Source: Candidatus Cloacimonadota bacterium
Lineage (GTDB): Bacteria > Cloacimonadota > Cloacimonadia > G963667145
Length of the DNA: 64,000 bases
Assembly (NCBI GenBank): GCA_963676615.1
Contig: OY781092.1
Span: 1,427,093-1,491,092, forward strand
Reading direction: 5' to 3'
Below are positions 27,093-36,396 of the stretch, piece after piece; positions within the stretch are counted from its first letter, which is position 1; every line of letters starts with the position of its first letter. The position numbers and the translations under genes are program-made. The notes beneath the pieces were generated by a model. It was not told the DNA's origin. It searched no databases and was given only the letters and a program-made list of their open reading frames with translations.

Positions 27093-28034
27093 TTACGCTC
27101 TCAAAACCTTACTCACAAAAGAACGGTCGCTCAAAACCGCCACTGGCTTGCCCTCATCGCTAAGCACCGTCAAATGATGCCAATTATTTTTCACCATCCG
27201 AAAACCCACATGAATCAGCTGCTCATCCAGCCTCGCAACCCGCTTATCGTCCTGCATATAAACATCTTGCACCCTCGTGCTCGACTCCTGCTGATGAAAC
27301 CGCTCAAAACTCCGACTGGTTGACATAAACCCAATCGTTGACATCAAAAACGACGAGCGCGGATACGCCGCACGCACGATATCCAGCGCGTTCAGCTTCC
27401 CTTTGTAAAAGCCATTTTCGTCCACAACTGGCAAAAATTTCAGCTCGTTTTTCTTCATAATATCCACCGCACTAGCCAAACTCTCGCCTAGACCAACGGT
27501 CAAAACCGGCTGCGAATTAATAATATCGGCAACCAGCAAACTTTTGTCCACATCCAAATCAAAACTGCGTATCAGCTCGATTAACTCCTTGCCAGAAGCT
27601 GCATTGCGGACTTTTTCGCTGTGATACTGAGCAATTTTCGCAAAAGAGGCAAGCACAAGCAAATAGCGATTGCTGCCCGAATTGGAAGTCAGCACACAAT
27701 AAAAAAGATCGGCCTTTTTCCCGCAAAAATCTATCGGCTTCTGACACTTCACAAGGGCGATAATCAAATCGTCCAGATCTTCCAACCTGCCGTGCGGCAA
27801 CGAACTTCCGTCGGGAAAAACCACATAGCCGAGCTTCTCGCGCTGCAAAAAAGCGTCCAAAACCTCCTGCTTGTCCAGCGAAAACATCTGCTGCACGCGC
27901 TCTGCCACCATCCGATAAATCTGCAGCGAATTCTGCACATCCACATTCCAAAAAATCAACTCCTGATTCAACAAATTATCCAACTTCATCGCCAAACCTC
28001 CTTGAAAAAAATAAAAACCTCTACCACTGCGCAA
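27093..28034 (-). CDS. Regulatory protein with a PTS EIIA-type-2 (PtsN-like) domain followed by a CBS-domain pair
   Basis: The N-terminal half contains ..FPDGSSLPHGRLEDL.. (EIIA-2 His region) and LFYCVLTSNSGSNRYLLVLASFAKI. The C-terminal half has two CBS-like repeats (VGLGESLASAVDIMKKNELKFLPVVDENG.. and VYMQDDKRVARLDEQL..HHLTVLSDEGKPVAVLS). It sits 3 nt from the ArsB/NhaD permease gene. Confidence 0.6.
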   Translation of the reverse strand: MRSGRGFYFFQGGLAMKLDNLLNQELIFWNVDVQNSLQIYRMVAERVQQMFSLDKQEVLDAFLQREKLGYVVFPDGSSLPHGRLEDLDDLIIALVKCQKPIDFCGKKADLFYCVLTSNSGSNRYLLVLASFAKIAQYHSEKVRNAASGKELIELIRSFDLDVDKSLLVADIINSQPVLTVGLGESLASAVDIMKKNELKFLPVVDENGFYKGKLNALDIVRAAYPRSSFLMSTIGFMSTSRSFERFHQQESSTRVQDVYMQDDKRVARLDEQLIHVGFRMVKNNWHHLTVLSDEGKPVAVLSDRSFVSKVLRA

Positions 28035-28758
28035 CCAGCTTCACCACGCTCATTATCACCGCCAAAATCAGCAAAATCTTGGCAAACTTTTCGCCATTTT
28101 TAATCGCCAAGCGACACGAAACATACGAGCCCAAACATCCGCCGACGACCAGAGCAGGAGCGTAGCGCCAAATCACCTTGCCATTATACGCCAAAATCAC
28201 GACCGCCACAAGGTTAAACGACATCAAAATCAGGAGCTTCGTCGCGTTCGCCGTCAGCAAATCTTGCTTTTTGACCAAATTCAAGCCCGCCAAAATCAAA
28301 AAACCTGTTCCCACTTGCACAAATCCTCCGTAAAATCCAACCAGCAAAAACAGCAAAATCTCCAGCCAAAACGGAATTTTTAGCTGAAAAATCGCCTTTT
28401 TGTGATGCAAAACCACAAAAAGCGCCACAAAAACGATCACGCCCGACAAAATATAGTCGAACGCCGTGTGCGACAACTCCGAAGAGTAGCGCGCGCCAAC
28501 GACGCTGCCCAACAAAATCGGCACAAAAATCCGCCAGTCAAACTCCACTTTTTGGTGATTTTTGCTCAATAATCGCGCTCCCAAAAGCGACTGAAACACC
28601 AGAGCCACGCGGAAAGTGGACAACGCCACGATAGACGGAATATCCAAAAAAAGCATCGCCGACACCACGACAATCGAGCCAGCACCAGCCATCACATTGA
28701 TAAAAGCGCCCAAAAAACCAGCCAACACCAACACCAAATCCACCAAAATCTCTTCCAT
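28021..28758 (-). CDS. TauE/SafE (DUF81) family membrane exporter
   Basis: 245 aa. Two-fold repeated 4-TM architecture with GAGS / GGF motifs typical of sulfite-exporter-like TauE. Confidence 0.8.
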   Translation of the reverse strand: MEEILVDLVLVLAGFLGAFINVMAGAGSIVVVSAMLFLDIPSIVALSTFRVALVFQSLLGARLLSKNHQKVEFDWRIFVPILLGSVVGARYSSELSHTAFDYILSGVIVFVALFVVLHHKKAIFQLKIPFWLEILLFLLVGFYGGFVQVGTGFLILAGLNLVKKQDLLTANATKLLILMSFNLVAVVILAYNGKVIWRYAPALVVGGCLGSYVSCRLAIKNGEKFAKILLILAVIMSVVKLVAQW

Positions 28759-28761
28759 TTG

Positions 28762-28905
28762 TTACCTAATTTCTTTCAATTTCGCCAAAATTTCAAAAGC
28801 TGTTTCACTTTTCAAAACCGCCGAAAGCGTTGACACTCCTTGTTCAGTAACAGCAAATGGATTAACCGAAGAATGTTTAAGATTTTTGTTTATTATCTCT
28901 TTCAT
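28762..28905 (-). CDS. 47-aa hypothetical ORF (MKEIINKNLKHSSVNPFAVTEQGVSTLSAVLKSETAFEILAKLKEIR)
   Basis: Not in the track (shorter than 60 aa). GGAG 8 nt upstream of its ATG. It starts 4 nt after the stop of the pentapeptide-repeat gene and ends 3 nt before the tauE ATG. This tight packing suggests co-translation, but there is no homology I can recognise. Confidence 0.3.
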   Translation of the reverse strand: MKEIINKNLKHSSVNPFAVTEQGVSTLSAVLKSETAFEILAKLKEIR

Positions 28906-28909
28906 AAAA

Positions 28910-30439
28910 TCATCTCCGTTTCGTATAATGCCGCAGCGATGTCACCAGCTGATAACCCAGAAAAACCGAAATAAGCTTAAAAAGGACAAAAGGCAAGGTT
29001 ACTTCTGTCGTTCCACCTTCGCAAGAAACGCCACTCGTATTAAAAGGATTGATAAAACTCAAAAAATTTAACCCAAAATCAGCTAAAACAACAACTTTTT
29101 CGTTCCACAAAAACAACAAAAACCCAAAAACAAAAAACCAAAAGATAGGCAAAAGCCAATTTTGAGAAAAATTAGAAGAATATCTACCAACAAAAAAAAT
29201 AATCTTTTGAAGTAGCGGCTTTTTTTCTCGGCGATATTTGTCCATCTCCAGCGCATAAAACTTATTACCCTCAATGTAGTTGCCCTGCAAATCGTTGCTA
29301 TGTTTCAGCTGCCGCAAAGTGTCCCGAGTAGGATCGATCAGCCTAGAAACAAGGTCTTCTCCCCATTTTACATTATTTAAAATAGCATTTCCTGTAGCAC
29401 CAATAAAAAAAACATTTTTTAGCGTTATCGCTTTCGGATAAGAAATATCAAAATTGCTAAACTCCACACTGCTTAAGTTACTGCTTGAAAAACTTATCTC
29501 TTCCACAACTTTTACATCGGTAAATCGAAAAATCTCAGCATTATTAACAAAATTTTTCAATTCTAGCGTTTTTACTGCCAAATCGTTAAGAAAAACCTTC
29601 GCTTTTTCGGCAAAAGTCGGATTAAAAAAAGCAATTCGCCCCATAACAATCCGCTCTTGTAAATCATCTTTCCCTTCTATATAAACCGTTTTTTCAAAAA
29701 CGCAGCTTACAAAATCAACGGATTCACAACACAATCTCTGCTCTTTAGCAAAAACAACACTTTCAAATCTAATTTTTAAGTCGCTTTCTAAACAGTCGTC
29801 GCTTAAAAAAGGTTTAAGACTAGTATTTATTCTCAACACTGCGTTTCCTATCGATTTGCCATCAAGAGCAACAAAACATTCAGTTTTGTTGTGAGAACTA
29901 AAAAATATACTTGAATCAGCCTGTATTTCAACCATTTTAAATGCTAAAAACTCACACTTAACATCATGGATCAAAAGTTTTCTAAGAAATTTAGTGTTAG
30001 AAAATATTAACGAAACTTTAGCTTGTCCTCTTTTAGATAAAAAACTACACTCACCAAAAGAAACTCCATCATAAAAAGAACTATCATAAAAAGTGACACT
30101 TCCATTAAAAATATTTCCCGAAAAAGAAAAAAGACCTAAAAACCAACAATTATGAAAATCAAAAGGCTTATTAAACTCTTTAAAATCAGCAGAGGAGAAA
30201 TTTCCAGCAGGAAAATTTATACCAGCAAAACTATGTCTTTTTATTTCGTCGCTATCTTCATTCCTTCGCAACTCTTCTCGAAACTTTTCCCAAAACTTTT
30301 TACATTTTTCTTCCGATTTTTTCCAGTTTTTATTGTCGTACTTATCCTTATCATACCAGCTTTCCTTATCGCAATGAAAAAGACATTTACCGCCCTCATA
30401 AGCTTCTCGGGCACAGCCTTTTACAGAACAAATTGGCAC
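28910..30439 (-). CDS. Membrane protein with N-terminal Cys4/His zinc-ribbon-like motif, two blocks of pentapeptide repeats and C-terminal TM helices
   Basis: N-terminus CSVKGCAREAYEGGKCLFHC. Pentapeptide repeats with central F/L (FAGINFPAGNFSSADFKEFNKPFDFHNCWFLGLFSFSGNIFNGSVTFYDSSFYDGVSFGECSF and EISFSSSNLSSVEFSNFDISY). Hydrophobic C-terminus (LLPIFWFFVFGFLLFLW, LPFVLFKLISVFLGYQLV). AT-rich gene. Confidence 0.6.
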   Translation of the reverse strand: MPICSVKGCAREAYEGGKCLFHCDKESWYDKDKYDNKNWKKSEEKCKKFWEKFREELRRNEDSDEIKRHSFAGINFPAGNFSSADFKEFNKPFDFHNCWFLGLFSFSGNIFNGSVTFYDSSFYDGVSFGECSFLSKRGQAKVSLIFSNTKFLRKLLIHDVKCEFLAFKMVEIQADSSIFFSSHNKTECFVALDGKSIGNAVLRINTSLKPFLSDDCLESDLKIRFESVVFAKEQRLCCESVDFVSCVFEKTVYIEGKDDLQERIVMGRIAFFNPTFAEKAKVFLNDLAVKTLELKNFVNNAEIFRFTDVKVVEEISFSSSNLSSVEFSNFDISYPKAITLKNVFFIGATGNAILNNVKWGEDLVSRLIDPTRDTLRQLKHSNDLQGNYIEGNKFYALEMDKYRREKKPLLQKIIFFVGRYSSNFSQNWLLPIFWFFVFGFLLFLWNEKVVVLADFGLNFLSFINPFNTSGVSCEGGTTEVTLPFVLFKLISVFLGYQLVTSLRHYTKRR

Positions 30440-30467
30440 TATCTACCTCCCGAGCCTAAAGCAAAAT

Positions 30468-30773
30468 CTAGCTTCTTTCATAAAAAATTTTCCCCACTCT
30501 CAAAATATGCTCCCTCAACTCTCGATTACGCAAATCGTCAAAAATCAAAAAATCGAAATGGTAAGGCAAACTGGTTTCATCATTCAAAATCTGGCTGATT
30601 TTTCGCAAATCTTCTCTCTGCAAACCCTTTCCGAACAACGCCAAATCGACATCGCTACCCGCACGAAAATTCCCTTTAGCTCTAGAACCAAAAATAACAA
30701 CTTTCTCTATCTTGGAAATTCGGCTAATCTCGCTAATCGCCGCCAAATAGCTCTTTTCTGCCAGTCCAAACAT
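30468..30773 (-). CDS. minimal nucleotidyltransferase (MNT, HI0073-like; antitoxin-type partner of HEPN)
   Basis: 101 aa with the GSRAKGNFRAGSDVDL (GS-x9-DxD) NTase motif. Confidence 0.8.
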   Translation of the reverse strand: MFGLAEKSYLAAISEISRISKIEKVVIFGSRAKGNFRAGSDVDLALFGKGLQREDLRKISQILNDETSLPYHFDFLIFDDLRNRELREHILRVGKIFYERS

Positions 30774-31166
30774 CTACTTTTTCTCAAAAAACTCTTTCAA
30801 CTCTCGTAAAAGGGCAAAATATCTCTTCCGTATCAAATTCTCGATTTCCTGCGCCGTCTGTTCCTCGTATGTTTGAGCACTCAAGTTTCTATCCCCCAAA
30901 GCCTGCAGCCACTCTTCGCCATTTTCGATAAGCCCAATCTCAAAACATTTCTTAATCATCTCTCGCGGCGTTTTCACCTGCAAAAAACCCTCTTCCCACA
31001 GATAATCTTTCATCACCTTCCAAGCCAACTCAAAACAAACTTCAAAAAACTGAACCAAACCCGCTCTTTGCACGACATCTGGATTTTTGATATTCACCGC
31101 CTGCTCTAGCAAAGCAAAAGATTTTTTGAAATTGTCGAACCGCTGCTTCCAGCGCACATCTTGCAT
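30774..31166 (-). CDS. HEPN-domain protein of the HI0074 / nucleotidyltransferase-substrate-binding family
   Basis: 130 aa, all-helical, with KQRFDNFKKSFALLEQA...ELAWKVMKDYL typical of NTase_sub_bind. Its stop abuts the MNT start with no gap. The C-terminal RNLSAQTY has Gln at the position where the Rx4HxY motif normally has His. Confidence 0.75.
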   Translation of the reverse strand: MQDVRWKQRFDNFKKSFALLEQAVNIKNPDVVQRAGLVQFFEVCFELAWKVMKDYLWEEGFLQVKTPREMIKKCFEIGLIENGEEWLQALGDRNLSAQTYEEQTAQEIENLIRKRYFALLRELKEFFEKK

Positions 31167-31175
31167 TTTTCCTCC

Positions 31176-32201
31176 CTACTTCCCCTGTTTCGCCTCGTAT
31201 TTAATAAACCAAATCATCACCAAAACGCCTACCACACAAGCCAAAACCACGGGCAACAGTTGTCTTGCATCTGTTGGCATCGCCAGCTTGTTCGTCACCA
31301 GCGCCTGATTTTGCAAAAAGGCGACTTTCCCTTCAACTTTTGCGTAAATATCGGCGTATTTTACCGCTTTAAACGGCCACAAAGCGTAGAGCGAACCGAT
31401 CATCAGACCAACCAAAAAAAACAAAGTCTGGTCTTTAAATTTTGCGAACAAAAAAGTCAAAAGTCGCACAAAAAACACCGCGCCAAAAACCATTCCGAAC
31501 CCAAAAACCGCCAGTAGCATCAAATCTTCGGGATAAAACCTGTTCAGGCGCGAGACCGCCCCGATTATTTGCGAATATCTGCCGAAAAGCAAAAGGATAA
31601 ACGAGCCGCTTATGCCTGGCAACACCATCGCCGAAATCGCCAAAGCTCCTACGCAAAAAAGCGACACATACTCGCCCAAACCATACGCCACGGGAGCGTC
31701 GCCGCCACCAAGCAAACCACTATGCAAAGCCGCACTTTTTTGCAAAATCTTTGCCGACGGATCAACCGACGCCGATACATAAACTGTCAAAATCAAACCC
31801 AGCGCAAGCCAAAAAAAGTAAGAAAATTTCCGATTTTCTGCCATTTTATACGGCAAATAGACCGAAAAAAGAATCAATCCGAAGAAAAAACCGTAAGTCG
31901 GAGCGTAAAATTCCGCCAAAAGGAACTTCATCAACTTGCTGGCAAGCAAAATCGTCACGCCCGCACCCACAGCAATTTTCAGAAGAAAAATGTTCTCTTT
32001 GTCCAAAATCTTCTGCAGCATCAATCGAAACTTTCCGCCTCTCAAATCGGCAAAAAGCTCTTTCAGATAAGCGATGTTCCACGCCGCCACAGCCTGCAAA
32101 AGTCGGTCGTAAATCCCCAAAACCAGCGCAAAAGTGCCCCCAGAAACTCCAGGGATGATATTCGCCAAACCAATAACGCCCCCAAAAACAAACTCCAACA
32201 T
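31176..32201 (-). CDS. DUF368-family membrane protein (putative undecaprenyl-phosphate translocase PopT-like)
   Basis: Two internal repeats, each with a PG(V/I)S(G/R)SG motif (IPGVSGGT and LPGISGSF). 341 aa, polytopic. Confidence 0.8.
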   Translation of the reverse strand: MLEFVFGGVIGLANIIPGVSGGTFALVLGIYDRLLQAVAAWNIAYLKELFADLRGGKFRLMLQKILDKENIFLLKIAVGAGVTILLASKLMKFLLAEFYAPTYGFFFGLILFSVYLPYKMAENRKFSYFFWLALGLILTVYVSASVDPSAKILQKSAALHSGLLGGGDAPVAYGLGEYVSLFCVGALAISAMVLPGISGSFILLLFGRYSQIIGAVSRLNRFYPEDLMLLAVFGFGMVFGAVFFVRLLTFLFAKFKDQTLFFLVGLMIGSLYALWPFKAVKYADIYAKVEGKVAFLQNQALVTNKLAMPTDARQLLPVVLACVVGVLVMIWFIKYEAKQGK

Positions 32202-32333
32202 ATTTATCTCCTTAAAATCAAATCAATTACAACAATGTTCCACGAAAAACTCCCCTTACCAAAACAAAGCAATCTGCCTTTCAGATATCTGACAAGTTTT
32301 TAGCCGCTATCTTTTTGGTCTAAAAGGTGTTAA

Positions 32334-33320
32334 CTACTTCCCGCCTCTCTTTTTCGCTAGTTGCTCACACACCTCTTTCACCTTTTGGCTCTCGCCTTTG
32401 TGACAAACCAGCAAATCGTCTCCGTCGGCAACCACGATACTGTCTCGCACGCCCACCAACGCCACCGTTTTCCCCTTTGCCAACACCAAATTGTTGCTGC
32501 TATCGACACTCACGCTCTGATCAGAATCCACCACGCCAAAAAGCGAATCGAAGCACCCCAAATCGTTCCAACCACCCGCAAACGGCACCACCTTCACCTT
32601 CTGCGACCTCTCCATCACCGCATAATCGATGCTCTCCTTAGGAATTTTTTGCATATCCTCCAGCCTCACAAATCCATCTCGACTATTGGAATACGCAACC
32701 TTTGCCGCCTCGTAAATCTCTGGCGCATAACGACTTAACTCTTGTAGATAGACACCTGCCTGAAAGCAAAACATCCCGCTATTCCAAAAATAACGCCCAG
32801 ACTCCAAATAGCTTTGAGCGACCTTCAATTCTGGCTTTTCCCGAAAAGACAAAACTTCCTCGCCGTCCGCTTCGATATAGCCATAGCCCGTCTCGGCATA
32901 AGTCGGCTCAATCCCAAAAGTGACCAAGTTCCCCTTTTTTGCCAAACTCTCCGCTTTTTTTAACGCTTGCTCATACTTTCCATCTTTTGTCTCGATCAAA
33001 TGATCGGAAGGGCTCACAAACAAAATCTCGTCCGCCGAAACCGAAAAACACGCCAACGCAATCGCAGGAGCTGTGTTTCTTCCGATAGGTTCTAACACAA
33101 AATTTACCTTTTCGGCTGTTTTTACCTGTTTTTTGGCAATATTTAACTGTTTTTGCCCCAAAATAACCAAAAATTGCTCACAAAAAGGCAAATTTCGTTC
33201 CATTGTTCGCTGAAAAAGCGATTTCCCTCCAAAAATTTGTAAAAACTGTTTTGGATTTTCTGGCTTGCTTATCGGCCAAAGTCTTGTGCCAGCTCCCCCA
33301 CAAATTATCAAATTTTGCAT
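32334..33320 (-). CDS. manC: mannose-1-phosphate guanylyltransferase (GDP-mannose pyrophosphorylase, NTP-transferase domain only)
   Basis: LIICGGAGTRLWPIS motif and a left-handed beta-helix C-terminal portion. 328 aa. Confidence 0.8.
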   Translation of the reverse strand: MQNLIICGGAGTRLWPISKPENPKQFLQIFGGKSLFQRTMERNLPFCEQFLVILGQKQLNIAKKQVKTAEKVNFVLEPIGRNTAPAIALACFSVSADEILFVSPSDHLIETKDGKYEQALKKAESLAKKGNLVTFGIEPTYAETGYGYIEADGEEVLSFREKPELKVAQSYLESGRYFWNSGMFCFQAGVYLQELSRYAPEIYEAAKVAYSNSRDGFVRLEDMQKIPKESIDYAVMERSQKVKVVPFAGGWNDLGCFDSLFGVVDSDQSVSVDSSNNLVLAKGKTVALVGVRDSIVVADGDDLLVCHKGESQKVKEVCEQLAKKRGGK

Positions 33321-33379
33321 AAAAACTCCTAAAAAACTAAAAAAAACGGCAAATTTCCCTGAAAAAAGCTATTTTTTTC

Positions 33380-35455
33380 TTAATATCCCCTCGTTTTTTC
33401 GATTATCGCCTCTTTCACCTTAGTCGGCACCAAATCGTATTTCAAAAACTCCATACTCATCAAAGCTCGCCCTTTAGACAAATTTCGTAGCCGCGTCGTA
33501 TAACCAAAAAGCTCGCTAACAGGCACTTCGCAAATCACCTGCTGACGAACGCCCAAATTTTGAATGTCTACCACTTTTCCCCGTTTTCCATTCAAATCGG
33601 CGATAATATCGCCCACATACTCCTCTGGCGAGAGCACCACCGCCTTCACAATCGGCTCCAAAAAAGTAGCCTTAGCCTCCGAAAGCGCCCTGCTGACAGC
33701 GGTCGAAGCCGCTATCGAAAAAGCCAATTCCGAAGATTCGCCCTCCTTCATCTGGGCTTCCAACAGCTCGATTTTTACACCTCTGACAGGCCAAGAAAAA
33801 ATAGGTCCCGCAGCACAACCGCCCAAAGCTCCCTCTTCAGCAGCCTTCAAAAATTCTGGCGTCAAAGAACCCACACCAACTGCGCTCTCGTATTTGTTTT
33901 GACTATCATCAGAGCCACCACCCATCAAACCCGAAACCCGCACCTTGACCTTCGCGTAATGATTTTTGCCCTTAATCTCGCGCGCAAACTCCTCGGTGTA
34001 TTCTGCAGAGTTCAAAATCGTCTCCCGATAAGCAACCTGCGGCTTGCCGACATTCGCCTGCACACCAAATTCGCTCTTGAGCCGATAAATCAGCACCTCC
34101 AAATGCAGCTCACCCATTCCAGAAATCACAATCTGCCCAGAATTTTCGTCCTCTCGCACAAAAAAAGTCGGATCTTCCTCCGCCAAACGCTTCAACGAGC
34201 CAATCAACCTATCGTAATCGCCCTTGGTTTGCGGCTCTACCACCATCGAAATCACCGCTTCGGGAAAATTCATTTTCGGAAGCTCCACGCTCACGCCTCT
34301 TCCAGCCAAAGTTTGCCCAGTTTCCACATCTTTCGGACCCACAAAAGTCGCAATATCGCCATAACCGACCTCGTTCAAATCGGTCGTTTTGTTCGAATGC
34401 ATCTGCAAAATCCGCATAATCTTCTCTTTTTTGCCCGTCTGGCGATTTATCAACACATCGCCTTTCTTCACCTTGCCCGAATAAACCCGCACATACAAAA
34501 GCTTGCCCATATGCTTATCAATCTGCACCTTATACACCAAAACTATCGGCGCATCATCGCGAGGAGCAAAGCTCTTTTGCTCACCATTTTCCAAAACCAA
34601 AAACTCGCTCTTATCCACTGGCGACGGCAAAAAATCGCCAATTGCGTCCATCAAAAGCCGCACACCCATATTTTTTAGCGAAGATCCGCACAAAATCGGC
34701 GTAATTTGCAAATTTTTCGTCGCTTTTCGCAAAGATGCCACGATTTCCGCCTCAGAAAGCTCTTCTTCCTCCAAAATTTTCTCCATCAAAGCGTCGTCCA
34801 CTTCCGACAAAGCGTCCAAAAGCAACTCCCGATACAAATGATACTCGTCCATCGCCGCCGCTGGAATCTCCCGTGCAACCATCTTGCTCCCATACTCCTC
34901 TTGATCAAAATAGTAGGCAACGCCGCGAATCACATCCACAATCGCTTCAAAATCAGCCTCTTTTCCCAGCGGAAACTGAATCGCTACCGCATTTTCCACC
35001 AATCTTTGCTTAATCTCCTTAAAAACCCGCTCGAAATCTGCACCAACTCTATCCAGCTTATTCACATAAGCGATTTTGGGAATATTATACCGCTCCGATT
35101 GCGCCCAAACCGTCTCACTCTGCGGCTCGACACCACCAACACCGCAAAAAACGCCCACAGCTCCGTCGAGCACCCGCAAACTTCGCTCCACTTCCGCCGT
35201 AAAATCCACATGCCCGGGCGTATCGATGATGTTAATCTGCCTTTTTTTCCAGCTGAGTGTCGTCACCGCCGAAGTTATCGTAATCCCCCGGTCCTGCTCC
35301 TGCTCCATCCAATCCATCGTCGCATTTCCGTCGTGCACCTCGCCCATTCGGTGAATTCTGCCCGAATAAAACAAAATCCGCTCCGTTGTAGTCGTCTTGC
35401 CAGCATCTATATGCGCCATTATGCCAATATTTCGGATATCTTCTCTCTTCGCCAT
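33380..35455 (-). CDS. fusA: elongation factor G (stand-alone copy, not in an rpsL-rpsG-fusA-tuf context)
   Basis: [25 protein letters not shown] and the full five-domain length (691 aa). Confidence 0.9.
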   Translation of the reverse strand: MAKREDIRNIGIMAHIDAGKTTTTERILFYSGRIHRMGEVHDGNATMDWMEQEQDRGITITSAVTTLSWKKRQINIIDTPGHVDFTAEVERSLRVLDGAVGVFCGVGGVEPQSETVWAQSERYNIPKIAYVNKLDRVGADFERVFKEIKQRLVENAVAIQFPLGKEADFEAIVDVIRGVAYYFDQEEYGSKMVAREIPAAAMDEYHLYRELLLDALSEVDDALMEKILEEEELSEAEIVASLRKATKNLQITPILCGSSLKNMGVRLLMDAIGDFLPSPVDKSEFLVLENGEQKSFAPRDDAPIVLVYKVQIDKHMGKLLYVRVYSGKVKKGDVLINRQTGKKEKIMRILQMHSNKTTDLNEVGYGDIATFVGPKDVETGQTLAGRGVSVELPKMNFPEAVISMVVEPQTKGDYDRLIGSLKRLAEEDPTFFVREDENSGQIVISGMGELHLEVLIYRLKSEFGVQANVGKPQVAYRETILNSAEYTEEFAREIKGKNHYAKVKVRVSGLMGGGSDDSQNKYESAVGVGSLTPEFLKAAEEGALGGCAAGPIFSWPVRGVKIELLEAQMKEGESSELAFSIAASTAVSRALSEAKATFLEPIVKAVVLSPEEYVGDIIADLNGKRGKVVDIQNLGVRQQVICEVPVSELFGYTTRLRNLSKGRALMSMEFLKYDLVPTKVKEAIIEKTRGY

Positions 35456-35781
35456 TAAAACTCCTAATATTTCAAATTATTTTTTTCGCTAAACTAGCGA
35501 CCAAATCTTTCTTTCAAAACGCAAAATTTTCGCCAAAAACTGCCAAAAAACAGCAAAAACTTCCAAAAATAACCCAAATTTTTACAAAAAAGCACTCAAA
35601 AGGTCTAAACATACCCAAATTTTGCTAAAATTACGATTTTCTCAAAAAACTTTTGTTTCCCAAACAAAAAAAAGTTCCACATGGAACAAATTTGTTTTTC
35701 TTTATTTTTCAGTAAGATGTAAAACTCTTTTATTTTCCTGCTATTTTCTCATTTTTTTATATCTTACCAATTTTCAATCTG

Positions 35782-36396
35782 TTATCTATTCTCTATCACT
35801 TCGACATCGTCAGGCAAAGAAAACTCAAAAAGCGACGGCTCAATTTTTTTGCTAGGTTGCAAATCGAAAAACTCATAACAAGTAGAGTTTCCCTCAAAAT
35901 CAAAATATTTCACCAAAAAAATCTCGCCCTCTTTCAAACCAATCTCCACTTTTGCCACATTATCGCTCTCCGCCAAATTCGGCACAAACTCATAAACGAC
36001 GCCGAAACCCTCTTTTTTGCGAAGAAAATCTTTTCCGCCATCCAAAAATTTCGCAACCATTTTATTCGGCCAAAAAATCAAAGTCGGCGACGAAACAATC
36101 TTCTGGTTGCTCTCCTGCAAAAAAACGACCGTCTCGTGCTTGTCCGAAAAAACCAGCTGCACCGACGGCGACGCATATTTTATCAAAAGTTTATCTCTAT
36201 CAAAAAAAATCTCGCCAGAATAAATCTCTTCGCTGTCGGTCATTTTAATAAAATTCGTCTGCCGAATTTTCGCCTGAAAAGCCGACATTCCCACAAATTT
36301 ATCCACCGCTTTTTGCAGTTCACTCGGAATTTCGTCCGCCCACAAAAAACTCACGCAAAAAAACACACCAAACAAAATCCGCCTAAACATAGCCAT
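35782..36396 (-). CDS. lolA: LolA-family outer-membrane lipoprotein carrier protein
   Basis: 204 aa with signal peptide. It sits downstream of ftsK with a 14-nt overlap, the conserved ftsK-lolA arrangement. It has a LolA-like beta-barrel pattern. Confidence 0.65.
   Translation of the reverse strand: MAMFRRILFGVFFCVSFLWADEIPSELQKAVDKFVGMSAFQAKIRQTNFIKMTDSEEIYSGEIFFDRDKLLIKYASPSVQLVFSDKHETVVFLQESNQKIVSSPTLIFWPNKMVAKFLDGGKDFLRKKEGFGVVYEFVPNLAESDNVAKVEIGLKEGEIFLVKYFDFEGNSTCYEFFDLQPSKKIEPSLFEFSLPDDVEVIENR

Noticed and set aside
33560-35458. 372-aa and 250-aa plus-strand ORFs
   Set aside because: Antisense to fusA, whose frame has unambiguous EF-G motifs.
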